Origin: Chiloscyllium plagiosum
Lineage: Eukaryota
Direction: 5' to 3'
NCBI RefSeq assembly: GCF_004010195.1
Contig: NC_057720.1
Location: 14,893,206 to 14,942,705 of the forward strand
DNA length: 49,500 nt
The translations under genes and the position numbers were made by a program. Below, piece by piece: positions 24,601 through 36,900 of the stretch (positions are counted from its first letter, which is position 1; every line of letters starts with the position of its first letter). The notes beneath the pieces were generated by a model, which was given only the letters and a program-made list of their open reading frames with translations, did not search any database and had not been told where the DNA came from.

Positions 24601-25111
24601 GGAAGGATGTTATTAAACTGGAAAGAGTGCAGAAGAAATTTACAAGGATGTTACCTGGACTCAATGGTCTGAGTTATAGGGAGAGATTGGAAAAACTAGG
24701 ACTTTTTTCCTTAGAGTGTAGGAGACTGAGAGAGGATCTTATAGAGGTGTATAAGATCATGGATAGGGTGAATGCACTCAGTCTTTTTCCCAGAGCTGAG
24801 GAATCAAGGACCAGAGCATTAGTTTAACGTTAGAGGGATAGGAATAAAAGGGAACCTGAGGAGTAACTTTTTAGACAGAGGGTGGTATGCATATGAATGA
24901 GCTATCAATGGAAGTGTTTGAGATGGGTATTGTAACAACATTTAAAAGACATTTGGACAAACACACAGATAGGAAAGGATTAGAAGGATATGGGCCAAGT
25001 GCAGGAAAATGGGGTTAGCATAGCTGGACATTTTGGTCGGCATGGACCAGTTTGGGCCAAAGGCCTGTCTCCATGCTGTCGGACTCTATGACTCTATGAC
25101 TGTATGACTCT
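21690..25111 (+). mobile_element. Long decayed CR1 LINE (end of ORF1, then ORF2 EN and RT and 3' tail) with nested insertions
   Basis: LHLNWRGTNILA (ORF1 esterase end), ITETWL, GGGVA, GDFNF, GPLL..INDL, DDTK, LERVQKKFTRM; (ACTCTATG)n tail. Confidence 0.9.
23153..23321 (-). mobile_element. Penelope mini-insertion in CR1, hammerhead motif at 23245-23280, 14 bp TSD
   Basis: TSD GGTGATATCTTGGG 23139-23152 and GGTGATATATTGGG 23322-23335; minus strand ATTC-CTGATGA-A-GGAC-TTTT-GCCC-GAAAC-GTC-GATT. Confidence 0.85.
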
Positions 25112-26272
25112 AATCTAAAACAAAGACAACATTCTATCCAATTTCGCCTTATGTCACTTTGTGTCACTTCTTGTTTTAAAATGCTGGGATTAAAGTTCTA
25201 AATGTTCTGGAATGTTTCATACTGTTAAAGGGCTGAATGGATATAAGCTGTTATGGTTAAGGATATCCATTGACTGCCCCTGTTTACAAAGATCTCTAAT
25301 ATCCTCACCTGCATACAGCACACAATAGAAGAGACAGCCCGAATAAATCAATTACAGAAGTTGGAAATCGAAATTTGGGCGCATTTGCGTGAAGGTAATA
25401 GTTGTACAATTTGCACACTTCTGTCCAATACTTTTTAAAAAGTGCAGCTAAGATTGCTAAGACAAAACTTTGAAGCTTTTTGTTTTGCACCCATCAGGAC
25501 TTGGACACAGAGAATAGACTTGATAAAAGTGACAATATTTTATACAGCATGAGAAGAAGGTGCTGATTGGATGGACTTTCATTGGTTCGGTGATGCAGCG
25601 AGAACAGTCAGCTGTCAATTTTAATTTTCAGACCAGGTAGGTCAATGTTGATTGGTTAGGGGGTTGCCATCGGAATGCAGCAGAGATTGGCTGTCTCCAT
25701 TATCCCTTTTATGAAAAAGTTGCGATGTTTGCACAAACTTCTTTTGCCTACATAAAATTCCTCAATTAAGACTTGAGACAGGACCGATATCAGAAATCAT
25801 TGCCAACACAGGACAGATGATTGTTTCTTTCCTTTAATATGTCTGTTCCTCTGACCGTTGTAGAAAGCTGTGTACAATTCACCAAGCCTTTCACAAATTA
25901 CAAAAGGAAGTCCTGTCTGAAACATTGCTTTGGCGTCAGTGTTCAGATAGTCCAAGGTGAATTATAATTCAGAGGTTTCAAAAATAGGTTTGTGGACTTG
26001 AATGTCTATTCTCAGTACAGGAAGCACTCATAGCACAAACCTCTTGTGCAGCCAAGGTGAAGACAACATGTCCATGTCTTTGTTCTCAATAACATGGGTG
26101 GATCTTAGAGAGATTGTGGTGCCAGTAAGACAATAGGACACAAACAATCGACCGTAATGAGAATTGAATTTGTGGTTACCACACGGTTATAGAACAGCTT
26201 GCTTTTTCAATATGATTTTTTTTCAAAATAAAAAAAATATTTTTCTGGATAAAGAAATAAACATTTTTTTAT

Positions 26273-26835
26273 TGGCGTTTAATTTAGATAAATGTGAGGT
26301 GCTGCATTTTGGGAAAGCAAATCTTAGCAGGATTTATACACTTAATGGTAAGGTCCTAGGGGGTGTTGCTGAACAAAAAGACCTTGGAGAACAGGTTCAT
26401 AGCTCCTCGAAAGTGAAGAAGGTATTTGGTATGCTTTCCTTTATTGGTCAGAGTATTGAGTACAGGAATTGGGAGGTCATGTTGCAACTGTACAGGACAT
26501 TGGTTAGACCACTGTTGGAATATTGCGTGCAATTCTGGTCTCCTTCCTATCGGAAAGATGTTGTGAAACTTGAAAGGGTTCAGAAAAGATTTACAAGGAT
26601 TTCATGCAGAGGGTGGTACGTGTATGGAATGAGCTGCCAGATGAAGTGGTGGAGGCTGGTACAATTGCAACATTTAAAAGGCATCTGGATGGCTATATGG
26701 ATAGGAAGGGTTTGGAGGGATATGGGCCGGGTGCTGGCAGGTGGGACTAGATTGGGTTGGGATATCTAGTCAGCATAGACAAGTTGGACCGAAGGGTCTG
26801 TTTCCGTGCTGTACATCTCTATGACTCGATGACTC
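26273..26835 (+). mobile_element. CR1 3' fragment with internal deletions
   Basis: [37 protein letters not shown]; ctctatgact tail. Confidence 0.9.
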
Positions 26836-27684
26836 TTTTTGGGTGAAATTGATGCTAAGTGGACACTGTGCTAATAAACATCCCTGTTTGCAAATCTTAT
26901 TTTTCCTTACAGTCTTGGGTCTATTTGTTCTTAACTCTTGTAGGTGTTGGTTACTGGAAGCATTTGAGAAACCCTAGATAGACTCCTGGTGGAGATGCTG
27001 AACTCACAGGACACACACAATTCTGGTTAGCTCCTCCCAGGAAAATTGCTTTGTATTCTGATGGGCAGAGCGTCTTGCATTTTGTTGGTTAGCCCTTTCA
27101 GATACAAGTGCCTTAGACAACACTGACCATAATTTGAATTTGCTGTAAGGTACTGAATCAGCTACCTGGCCACTCATATATTGATTGGATAGATTGAGAG
27201 ATAGGTTTTTGTGAAGGTATTTGTGTGGGTTCCATGCATCCACTTCTACTGAATGTATGGAACATTCTAGTTGACTTGCAATGAAACTTTCAAGATGATT
27301 CCCATTAAGTATTAATTAAGGACATTCTTCCACAATTCATGCCTCCCATCTCACATGGGTTCTTTAGGTGATGTGGTATCTGCTCAGCTAGGCTACCCAC
27401 AGTGACCAGCTTCCACAGGATCAAAACCAGACGCTCTATTCAATTGGTAGGTGTTGATGGCAGAACTGCTTGTGAGTTCAGTGCCTCCTCAAAAAGCCAC
27501 TTCCAGCTTGGACTCTGCCATTGGCACACTTAGGTGCCCAACCCACATTTCAGGCTGGCCATAAGGGTGAGGATCTCAAAACAAGACAATCATCCCAATC
27601 TTTCAAGGCTGCATCCCATGACATACTTACTTGAAATCCTCAAACAACTCGCTCATTCTCAACCAGGCCATGAAGTGAAGTCTG

Positions 27685-27812
27685 GAAAAGCTCTTCATTG
27701 ATGCTCAAAACGTAGACTCTCTTGTTCCTTGGACGCTCCCTGACCTGCTGTGCTTTTCCAGTGCCACGCTTTTTGACTCGAATCTCTAGCATCTGCAGTC
27801 CTTATTTTCTCC
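27685..27812 (+). mobile_element. Old Penelope-tail mini-insertion with decayed hammerhead
   Basis: ctgacctgctgtgcttttccag...agcatctgcagtcct tail; imperfect TSD CCATGAAGTGAAGTCTG / CCATGAGGTGAAGTTTG. Confidence 0.6.
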
Positions 27813-28475
27813 ATGAGGTGAAGTTTGCCGCCCAGTCCCTTCGTTCGTTTGGTAGCATCCCTTCCTTTGAGTTGGAAGGTGTGTATTCAAGTCCCACCCA
27901 CCTCGGGGATGTGTCATAAAGTCTCCGATACTGGTCGGTTAAGACAGCTGCTGTCCACATTGTCATGGTTTATTAGCATTAACAGATATTTTAAGTTGCC
28001 ATCAACTCCTTTGTGTGGGGTAGGCATTGTTGGTGCAAGCTTTGAACCATTATAGGATGGTGTCTCACTCGATGCATTCTAAAGCAACATTTCACCTCAA
28101 GATTTCAATATGGCTCCCATGGAGATCCTTGAGCACCTAAAGTAACTGGTGGCAATTGCTCCCCGCCATAAATTGAAAGGGAAGTGAGTTAGTTTAATAG
28201 AAGCAAGCTTGACTCCTTGGTATGTCTCAGGGAAGCCAATGGGAGTAAAACAGGGAGAGATGTACCCTCAATTATGCAAAGTCAGAATTAACCCGACTGT
28301 AAAGTCTTAAAATTATTGGAGCTCAAGCAATCAAGTTCAAGATGATTTTACCTACACTACACCAAGGAGGAGATGTTACCTGGCCTAAGCAGACAGGATA
28401 TCTGTCAAGCAGACCTCTGGATTTTTGTTTTATTTTGAAAGAAATTTCCTTGATAGTCCCTAGAAGTGTCCCATT

Positions 28476-29335
28476 TAGAACATAGAACAATACAGCACAG
28501 AACAGGCCCTTTGGCCCACGATGTTGTGCCGAACATTTGTCCTAGCTTAAGCACCCATCCATGTACCTATCCAATTGCCGCTTAAAGGTCACCAATGATT
28601 CTGACTCTGCCACTCCCACAGGCAGCGCATTCCATGCCNNNNNNNNNNNNNNNNNNNNNNNNNNNNNNNNNNNNNNNNNNNNNNNNNNNNNNNNNNNNNN
28701 NNNNNNNNNNNNNNNNNNNNNNNNNNNNNNNNNNNNNNNNNNNNNNNNNNNNNNNNNNNNNNNNNNNNNNNNNNNNNNNNNNNNNNNNNNNNNNNNNNNN
28801 NNNNNNNNNNNNNNNNNNNNNNNNNNNNNNNNNNNNNNNNNNNNNNNNNNNNNNNNNNNNNNNNNNNNNNNNNNNNNNNNNNNNNNNNNNNNNNNNNNNN
28901 NNNNNNNNNNNNNNNNNNNNNNNNNNNNNNNNNNNNNNNNNNNNNNNNNNNNNNNNNNNNNNNNNNNNNNNNNNNNNNNNNNNNNNNNNNNNNNNNNNNN
29001 NNNNNNNNNNNNNNNNNNNNNNNNNNNNNNNNNNNNNNNNNNNNNGTTAACCCTGTATTCCGCATTCTTATTTATCCTTCCAAAATGGACAACCTCACAC
29101 TTGACAGGGTTGAACTCCACCTGCCACTCCTCAGCCCAGCTCTGCACCTAAGTCCCTTTGCAGCCAACAACAGCCCTCCTCACTATCCATAACTCCACCA
29201 ATCTTCGTATCGTCTGCAAATTTACTGACCCACCCTTCAACTTCCTCTTCCAAGTCATTAATAAAAATTACAAGCAGCAGAGGACCCAGAACTGATCCCT
29301 GCGGAACTCCACTTGTAACTGGGCTCCAAGCTGAT
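28476..29335 (-). mobile_element. CR1 3' fragment spanning an N gap (28639-29045)
   Basis: WQVEFNPVKCEVVHFG and WNALP motifs; tatgttct tail. Confidence 0.85.
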
Positions 29336-29844
29336 AGTACTGGTGTATCTTTTTTTTTAGATTACTTACAGTGTGGAAACAGGCCCTTCGGCCCAACAAG
29401 TCCACCCTTCAACTTCCTCTTCCAAGTCATTAATAAAAATTACAAGCAGCAGAGGACCCAGAACTGATCCCTGCGTAACTCCACTTGTAACTGGGCTCCA
29501 GGCTGATAGTACTGGTGTATCTTGTTAGAGGTAAGTTTGGGAGACTGAGAGGGCAAACAAATGGTGGGCTACAGTCACCACAGAAAGAACAGGTTCTGCC
29601 ACAAAAATGGCTGTCGGGAGTCTTCAGCAGGATTCATTGTTGCTGCAAAGATGGGTATGAGCATGGCCCAGAATTAGATTTGAGGTCTCGTCCCAACAAT
29701 GAGGAAGACATGCTGGCATTGGTTGATTAACAGAGGGGAAGGGGCAGTTCATTACTTTGCAACAACAAATTGTAGACATCCTGCACTGGGAGTAACCTTG
29801 CCTCAATGCCTAGGAATCAGCAACAAGATTTGGGAGGCAATGAA

Positions 29845-30170
29845 TTTAGTGGTATTATTGCTGGACTGGTAACCAAGAGACCCAGGTAATGGTCTGGAGA
29901 TCCAGGTTCAAGTCCCCCATATGGTGGAATTTGAATACAATAAATATCTAGAATTAGGAGTCTAATGATGACCATTGTTGATTGTTAGCAAAACTCACTT
30001 GGTTCACTAATGTCCTTTAGGGAAGGAAATTACCATCCTTACCTGGTCTGTCCTACATGTGACTCCACACCCGCAGAAATGTGGTAGACTCTTGACTGCC
30101 TCCTGGGCAATTAGGAATGGGCAATAAATACTGGCCTAGCCAACGATACTCTCATTCTGTGAATGAAAAA
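29845..30170 (+). mobile_element. Older tRNA-headed SINE (Meta-domain-like core); related pieces at ~14370-14720, ~33785-34080 and ~39525-39870
   Basis: A-box tagtggt, B-box ggttcaagtccc, core ggttcactaatgtcctttagggaaggaaa...ccttacctggtctg, LINE-like tail. Family name is from recall. Confidence 0.6.
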
Positions 30171-31583
30171 AGAGCAAGAACTTGAAATTTACAGATCTCC
30201 TCTAAGACACAAAGAAAGGCGTTTGCACTGATTATGGGGTGGATTGTTGGGTGTTCATTTAGGTTTGACAGGAACCTTCTAGAATTTTTCCCAATGTTGT
30301 TAAACTTACTTTAAGATAGCAGCCACTGTCACTGAGGCAGCTGAACCTGATCTAGTCACATTCACCTTGGACCCTTTTCTGTGAATGGACTGGCTTGTAG
30401 TTTACTGGTGTAGCTTGTCTAAGTGTTGTCTAGGTGTATAAACAGTGTTCCCTCTATACTTCCAACTACAGTAGATGGAAGAATGGGACTGACCACAGGG
30501 AAGAGGTCAGCCATATTACTCCTGACATGTTGGAAAACCAGAAAAGTGGGAGGGGAAGAAAGAGTTTTCTGTGACTAATTTAGTTTTCTCAGGATTTCTA
30601 AAGGGAAGTGCAAGTTTCTGTCATGAAAGGGATAGGGAAGGAGGCACCAAGCTCCCGTCAGTCAAAGAAACAGGACGTATTCACTGTTTAAATCTAAGCT
30701 GATGTCAGTGGATCCCGTCGCTATGTTTAGTTTCACATCAGATACTTATAACACAGTGATGTCACAATGAATCTGACATCAGGGTGAATGGATCGATTGC
30801 TGAAGCTCCAGAACTCTAACATCATCTAAAACTAATCCTGAAGACACTGAGGTTGGGAGAGTAGGGGATGTTCATTTGAAACCATGATGGCCATTGTTTC
30901 AACCCCCCCAGGTCGAATATATGTTGTAGAGTTTCGAAGGATGTTTTGTGCTTGCTGTTTTGGATTGTAATCTCTACCGCCACGATGCAGAGAGGCTTTT
31001 GATTCAATCCACTGCTGAAAAATGTCACTATGAGGTCCATGAATAGTACCTACAACACCCTGGCTGATGATGGAACCATTCCATAAAAAGTAAACAGCCT
31101 TGATTTTCTAATCTCTTCATATTCTAAACTATTCTTCAGGTAAGGCTGCTTGAGGATTCATCAATTGTGTGCTATATTAAGACTTTCTTTGATGGGCAGG
31201 CAGATGTTGAAGTACAAGTTATGGTTCATGTCAGTTTTATTAATCCTGGCAAGCCACAATGCTTAAGACAGAGGAGTGAGTGTTGTCATGTTGTCACATC
31301 AATGCCACTTGTAGTCTTTTACTTTTTCTATTATTTCCTCCTGCAGGATTATAGAAATAATGCATTGTCAGTGAAATGATGGGAATTAATTGGATGGCAG
31401 GCTGCTGCTGGCTTCCACCAATTTAAGTATTTGTCTTGTATTATTTCCAAGAGACAGCCTGTAAATCAGACTTCCCTAAATACATAGAGGTGTTGGAGCA
31501 GATCCAATGTCACAAGCCCTCAGCTAATGTTCTGGAGGAAGTGGGTTTAAATCCTGTTGCAGCAACTGATGAAATTTGATGTG

Positions 31584-33741
31584 AATAGACAATAGACAAT
31601 AGGTGCAGGAGTAGGCCATTCTGCCCTTCGAGTCTGCACCACCATTCATTATGATCATGGCTGATCATCCTCAATCAGTATCCTGTTCCTGTCTTATTTC
31701 CATAACCCTTGATTCCACTATCCTTGAGAGCTCTATCCAACTCTTTCTTAAACGAATCCAGAGACTGGGCCTCCACTGCCTTCTGGGGCAGAGCATTCCA
31801 CACAGCCACCACTCTCTGGGTGAAGAAGTTTCTCCTCATCTCTGTCCTAAATGGCCTACCCCTTATTTTTAAGCTGTGTCCTCTGGTTCAGGACTCACCC
31901 ATCAGCGGAAACATGTTTCCTGCCTCCAAAGTGTCCAATCCTTTAATAATCTTATATGTCTCAATCAGATCCCCTCTCAGTCTTCTAAACTCAAGAGTAT
32001 ACAATCCCAGTCGCTCCAATCTTTCAACATAAGATAGTCCTGCCATTCCAGGAATTGACCTCGTGAACCAATGCTGCACTCCCTCAATAGCTAGAATGTC
32101 TTTCCTCAAATTTGGAGACCAGAACTGCACACAATATTCTAGGTGCAGTCTCACCAGGGCCCTGTACAGCTGCAGAAGCACCTCTTTGCTTCTATACTCA
32201 ATCCCTCTTGTTATGAAAGCCAGCATGCTATTAGCTTTCTTCACTACCTGCTGTACTTGCATGCTTACCTCCATTGACTGGTGTACAAGAACACCCAGAT
32301 CTCTTTGTACTGCCCCTTTACCTAACTTGACTCCATTGAGGTAGTAATCCGCCTTCCTGTTCTTGCCACCAAAGTGGATAACCATACATTTATCCACATT
32401 AAACTGCATCTGCCATGCATCTGTTCACTCACCTAACCTGTCCAGGTCACCCTGTAATCTCCTAACATCCTCCTCACATTTCACCCTGCCACCCAGCTTA
32501 GTATCATCAGCAAATTTGCTAATGTTATTACTAATACCATCTTCTATATCATTAATATATATTGTAAAAAGCTGTGGTCCCAGCACTGATCCCTGAAGTA
32601 CCCCACTGGTCACCGCCTGCCATTCCGAAAGGGAGCCGTTTATCACTACTCTTTGTTTCCTGGCAGCCAACCAATTTTCAATCCAAGTCAGTACTTTGCC
32701 CCCATACCATGTGCCCTAATTTTGCTCACTAACCTCCTATGTCGGATTTTATCAAAGGCTTTCTGAAAGTCCAGGTACACTACATCCACTGGAATCTCCC
32801 TTGTCCATCTTCAGAGTTACATCCTCAAAAAATTCCAGAAGATTAGTCAAGCATGATTTCCCCTTCATAAATCCATGCTGACTCTGACCTATCCTGTTAC
32901 TGCTATCCAGATGTGTCGTAATTCCATCCTTTATAATTGACTCCAGCATCTTTCCCACTACTGAGGTCAGACAAACTGGCCTATAATTTCCTGCTTTCTC
33001 TCTCGCTCCTTACTTAAAAAGTGGTACAACATTAGCCACCCTTCAATCTGCAGGAACTGATCCTGAATCTATCAAACTCTGGAAAATAATCACCAATGCA
33101 TCCACAATTTCTCGAGCCACCTCTTTCAGTACCCTGGGATGTAGACCATCAGGCCCCAGGGACTTATCAGCCCTCAGACCTAACAGTCCCTCCAACACCA
33201 ATTCCTGGCAAATATAAATTCCCTTAAGTTCAGGTCCTTCAGCCACTGTTACCTCAGGGAGATTGCTTGTGTCTCCCCCAGTGAACACAGATCTGAAGTA
33301 CCAATTCAGCTCTTCTGCCATTTCTTTGTTCCCCGTAATATATTTCCCTGTTTCTGTCTTCAAGGGCCCAATTTTAGTCTTAACCATTTTTTTCCCCTTT
33401 CACATACCTAAAAAAGCTTTTACTATCCTCCTTTATATTTTTGGCCTGCTTACCTTCGTACTTCATTTTTTCTCTGCGTATTTCCTTCTTAGTAATCCTC
33501 TGTTGTTCTTTAAAAGCTTCCCAGTCCTCCGTTTTTCCACTTATCTTTGCTATGTTATACTTTTTCTCTTTTGACTTTATATGCTTCTTAACTTCCCACG
33601 TCAGCCACGGCCACCCCTGCCTCCTCATAGGATCTTTCTTCCTTTTTGGAATGAACTGATCCTACATCTTCTGCATTATACCCATAAATATCCACATTGT
33701 TCCTCCACTGTCATCCCTGCTAAGGTATTGCACCATTGAAC
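31584..33741 (-). mobile_element. CR1 LINE ORF2 RT region (2.1 kb), subfamily with (CTATTGT)n tail
   Basis: GPDGLHPRVLKE, QHGFMKGKSCLTNL, QGSVLGPQLF, FADDTKL, LEYCVQFWSP. Confidence 0.92.
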
Positions 33742-34248
33742 ATACAAATCTGGAATTTCATAAAAAACAATTCTAATTTTATTTTTTCTTATTCACTCAT
33801 GAGACATAGGCATCACTGGCTGGGTCAGCATTTATTGCCTGTCCCCATTTGCCCTTGAGAAGGTTATGGTGAGCTGCCTTCTTGAACCGCTGCAGCCCAT
33901 GGTAACTGTGGAAGCACTATTATACAAAGCCATCTGGTTCGTGAATGCCCTTTCTTAAGGGAAGGGAGTCGGCCATGCTTACCTGGTCTGGCCTACACAT
34001 GACTCCAGGCCCACAGCAATTTGGTTGACTTAAGGCAATTAGGGATCAGTATTAACCAATGGCATTTACATCCTACAAATAAAACAAAATGCATGTCTTA
34101 ATCCCCATTGGGTTCACAAGGTGAAATCTTGGGTTCACAGGCTTCAAGGCAGCAATGGGTTGCCATAGAGCTTGGACTGATTTCTGACAGCTGTATTAAG
34201 CTGTCAAAGGCTTTCCTTTTATTTTTATTTGTGGACATGGTCTTAATG

Positions 34249-34442
34249 ACACAGCAACAGGTTTTAGTCCAACATGTTTATTTGGAAGTACTAGCTTTCG
34301 GAGAGCTGCTCCTTCATCAGGTGGTTGATGGAGGATCAGTGCTCCGAAAGCTAGTATTTCCAACTATACCTGTTGGACTATAACCTGGTGTTGTGTGATT
34401 TTTAATTTTGTCCACCCCAGTCCAACATTGGCATCTCCACAT
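34249..34442. mobile_element. Inverted-repeat mini-element with third-family hammerhead motifs, 13 bp TSD
   Basis: TSD CATGGTCTTAATG at 34236-34248 and 34443-34455. Minus strand AC-CTGATGA-A-GGAG-CAGCT-CTCC-GAAAG-CTA-GT at ~34290-34322; decayed partner on + at 34325-34356. Confidence 0.82.
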
Positions 34443-35079
34443 CATGGTCTTAATGGACAGTTCTCTGAAGTCTGATTGCTTCTGTGAGACAATTCCCATC
34501 ATAGGTCAGAGGATTTGTTTATTTCTGGAGAAACACTGCTTTTTCATCAAAACCTCTCACACTTTACTTTGTAACCCTCTTCAAGAGGTAACGGTCCAGT
34601 ACCACTTCCTCTGGCTCAACATCTCCTCTTAGTTTTCACTCAAGAGGTCCCACAAAGCCAGAGCGAAGAAAATGGGATCAGACTGGGAGAAAGTTTGGGA
34701 CATCACTGCTCTAAATAAAATGATTGATAGCATGCCAAACCAACTCTGTTGGTGGCAATCTTGCCTCTGGCTCTGAAGAGTTTTGATTCACGCTACACCC
34801 TTGGAATTTGGGCATTAGTCCTGCATGATGCCTGTGTGTTACACTGAAGTAACTGTATTATAACAGTTAAAAGACAGTATACATAACAGCTCAGACATAT
34901 AAATAAAACAGATCTACAAGAGGAATAGTGTCACTGATTAGTATGCTTCTTTTGACCACCACTTTAAAAAGATTAATATTATTCATCTCATTACTTCTTG
35001 ATGGATCAAATTGATAAAATGTGTTCAAAAGCCTATTCTTTTAAAAGTTATTCTTTTTCAGGAAGCAGACAATTCTGAC

Positions 35080-36900
35080 TAGGCCAGTGTTTCTTGCTCA
35101 CGCTTAATTATCCTTGAGTAGGTGGTAGCGAGCTGTCTTCTTGAACCGATTCTGTCCATTTGGTGAAGGTAGACACACAATGCCTTTAGGGAGGGCATTC
35201 CAGGATTTTAATTCAGTGACAATAAAGGAACAGCGACACATTTCCAAGTCAGGACAGTGTTTGGCCTGGAGGGAAACCAACAGTTTGTGTTATTTCCCTG
35301 AATCAGATGCCCTTGTCTTTCTCGATGGGGAGTGGTTCCTGGTTTAGATGGGATTGTCTAAAGAGGCTATAAAATTGCTGCAGTGCATCTTGTTGATAGC
35401 ACACATTGTGACCACTGTGCATTGATGCTGGAGGGAACAAAGGTTTAACTTGATGAACAAGGTGTCTATAAGCAGGCTGCTTTGTCTCAGATGGTCCTGA
35501 TCTTCTTGAGTATTGTTGTAGTTACACACATCTAGGCATGTACTGAGTATTCCATCACAAGCAGGTCAGAATTTAGGAATCCTGCAGCAAGTAACTCATG
35601 TCCTGATTTCACCTTGTAAGGTGATGGATGGGCTTTGGGAAGTCAGGATGAGTTACTTGCTGCAGGATTCCTAAATTCTGACCTGCTTGTGCAGTTGTGA
35701 TATGTTACTGATTAGATTCCCTACAGTATGGAAACAGGCCCTTCCGCCCAACATGTCCACACCGACCCTTCAAAGAGTAACCCACCCAGACCCATTCCCC
35801 TACCCTATATTTATTCCTGACTAATGCACTTAACCCTATGGGCAATTTATCATGGCCAATTCACCTAACCTGCACATCTTTGTATTGTGGGAAGAAACCG
35901 GAGCACCCAGGGGAAAGCCATGCAGATATGGGCAGAATGTGCAAACTCCACACAAACAGTCGCCCAAGGCAGGAATTAAACCCAGGTCCCTGGCGTTGTG
36001 AGGGAGCAGTGCTAACCACTGAGCCACTGTGCTGCCCATGTATTATATGACTGGTCCAGTTCAGTTTCTGGTCAATAGTAACCTAAAAATGTTGATTGTG
36101 GGAATTCAGTGTTGCCATTGAATTTCATGGAGCAATGGTTAGATTCTCTCTTGTTCAAGATGGCCGTTGCCTGGCACTTGTGTGATGTAAATGTTACTCA
36201 CCATTGATTAGGCCGAGCCTGGATATTGTCCAGGTGCTGTACACTGTATAATCATCAGTGAACATCCTCATCTCTGACCTTATGAAGGAAGGACAGTCAT
36301 TGATGAAGCAGCTGAAGATTTTTAGGCACTCCCCTGAGGAACTCCTGCAGGAACGTCCTGGGATTGTGATGCTTGACCTCCAAACATCACAGTAATGTTC
36401 ATTTGTGCTGATTATGCAAGTGTGCAAACATACAAAATAAGAATAAAATGCTGCCATTTGGCCCCTTAAGCCTGATCTGCCAATCAATAACATCAAAATT
36501 GATCTGTTTGTGTTTCAATTCCACATTCCCATTTATTCTAAATAATCCTTGATGTCCTTGCCGATTAAGAATCTATTTCTTACAGAAAATAGTCAATGGC
36601 CCCCACCTCCATTTCCTTCTGAGGCTAACACTGGAGGGTTTCTCCCTAAAGCCAATGAGTCCAGTTTTGCTGGAACACCTCGATGCCACACTCACTCAAA
36701 TGCTACCTTAATGTCAGGGAGCTTCACGCTCAACTCCCCTCCAGGATTCAGCTGTTTTGCCCAAGTTTGGACTGAGATTGCTAAAAGGTCAGGAGTCAAA
36801 TGGCCCCGGTGGAACACAGACCAAGGGTTAATGAGCAGGTTATTGCTGAGTTAGTGCTGCTTTTTGCATGATTAAATACCGTTTCCATCACTTTACAGAT
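35080..36900 (-). mobile_element. Old decayed LINE fragments (CR1/L2 group) containing a V-SINE at ~35712-36037
   Basis: FSCFIND.PS.IRSE.RMFTDD motif at ~36245-36320; SINE core at 35880-35960. Confidence 0.6.

Noticed and set aside
26164..26769. 201 aa ORF as a host gene
   Set aside because: CR1 RT fragment with chance flanking codons.
28542..29151. Long ORFs across the N run
   Set aside because: Artefacts of the 28639-29045 gap within a CR1; the same applies to gaps 5049-5093 and 47629-47649.
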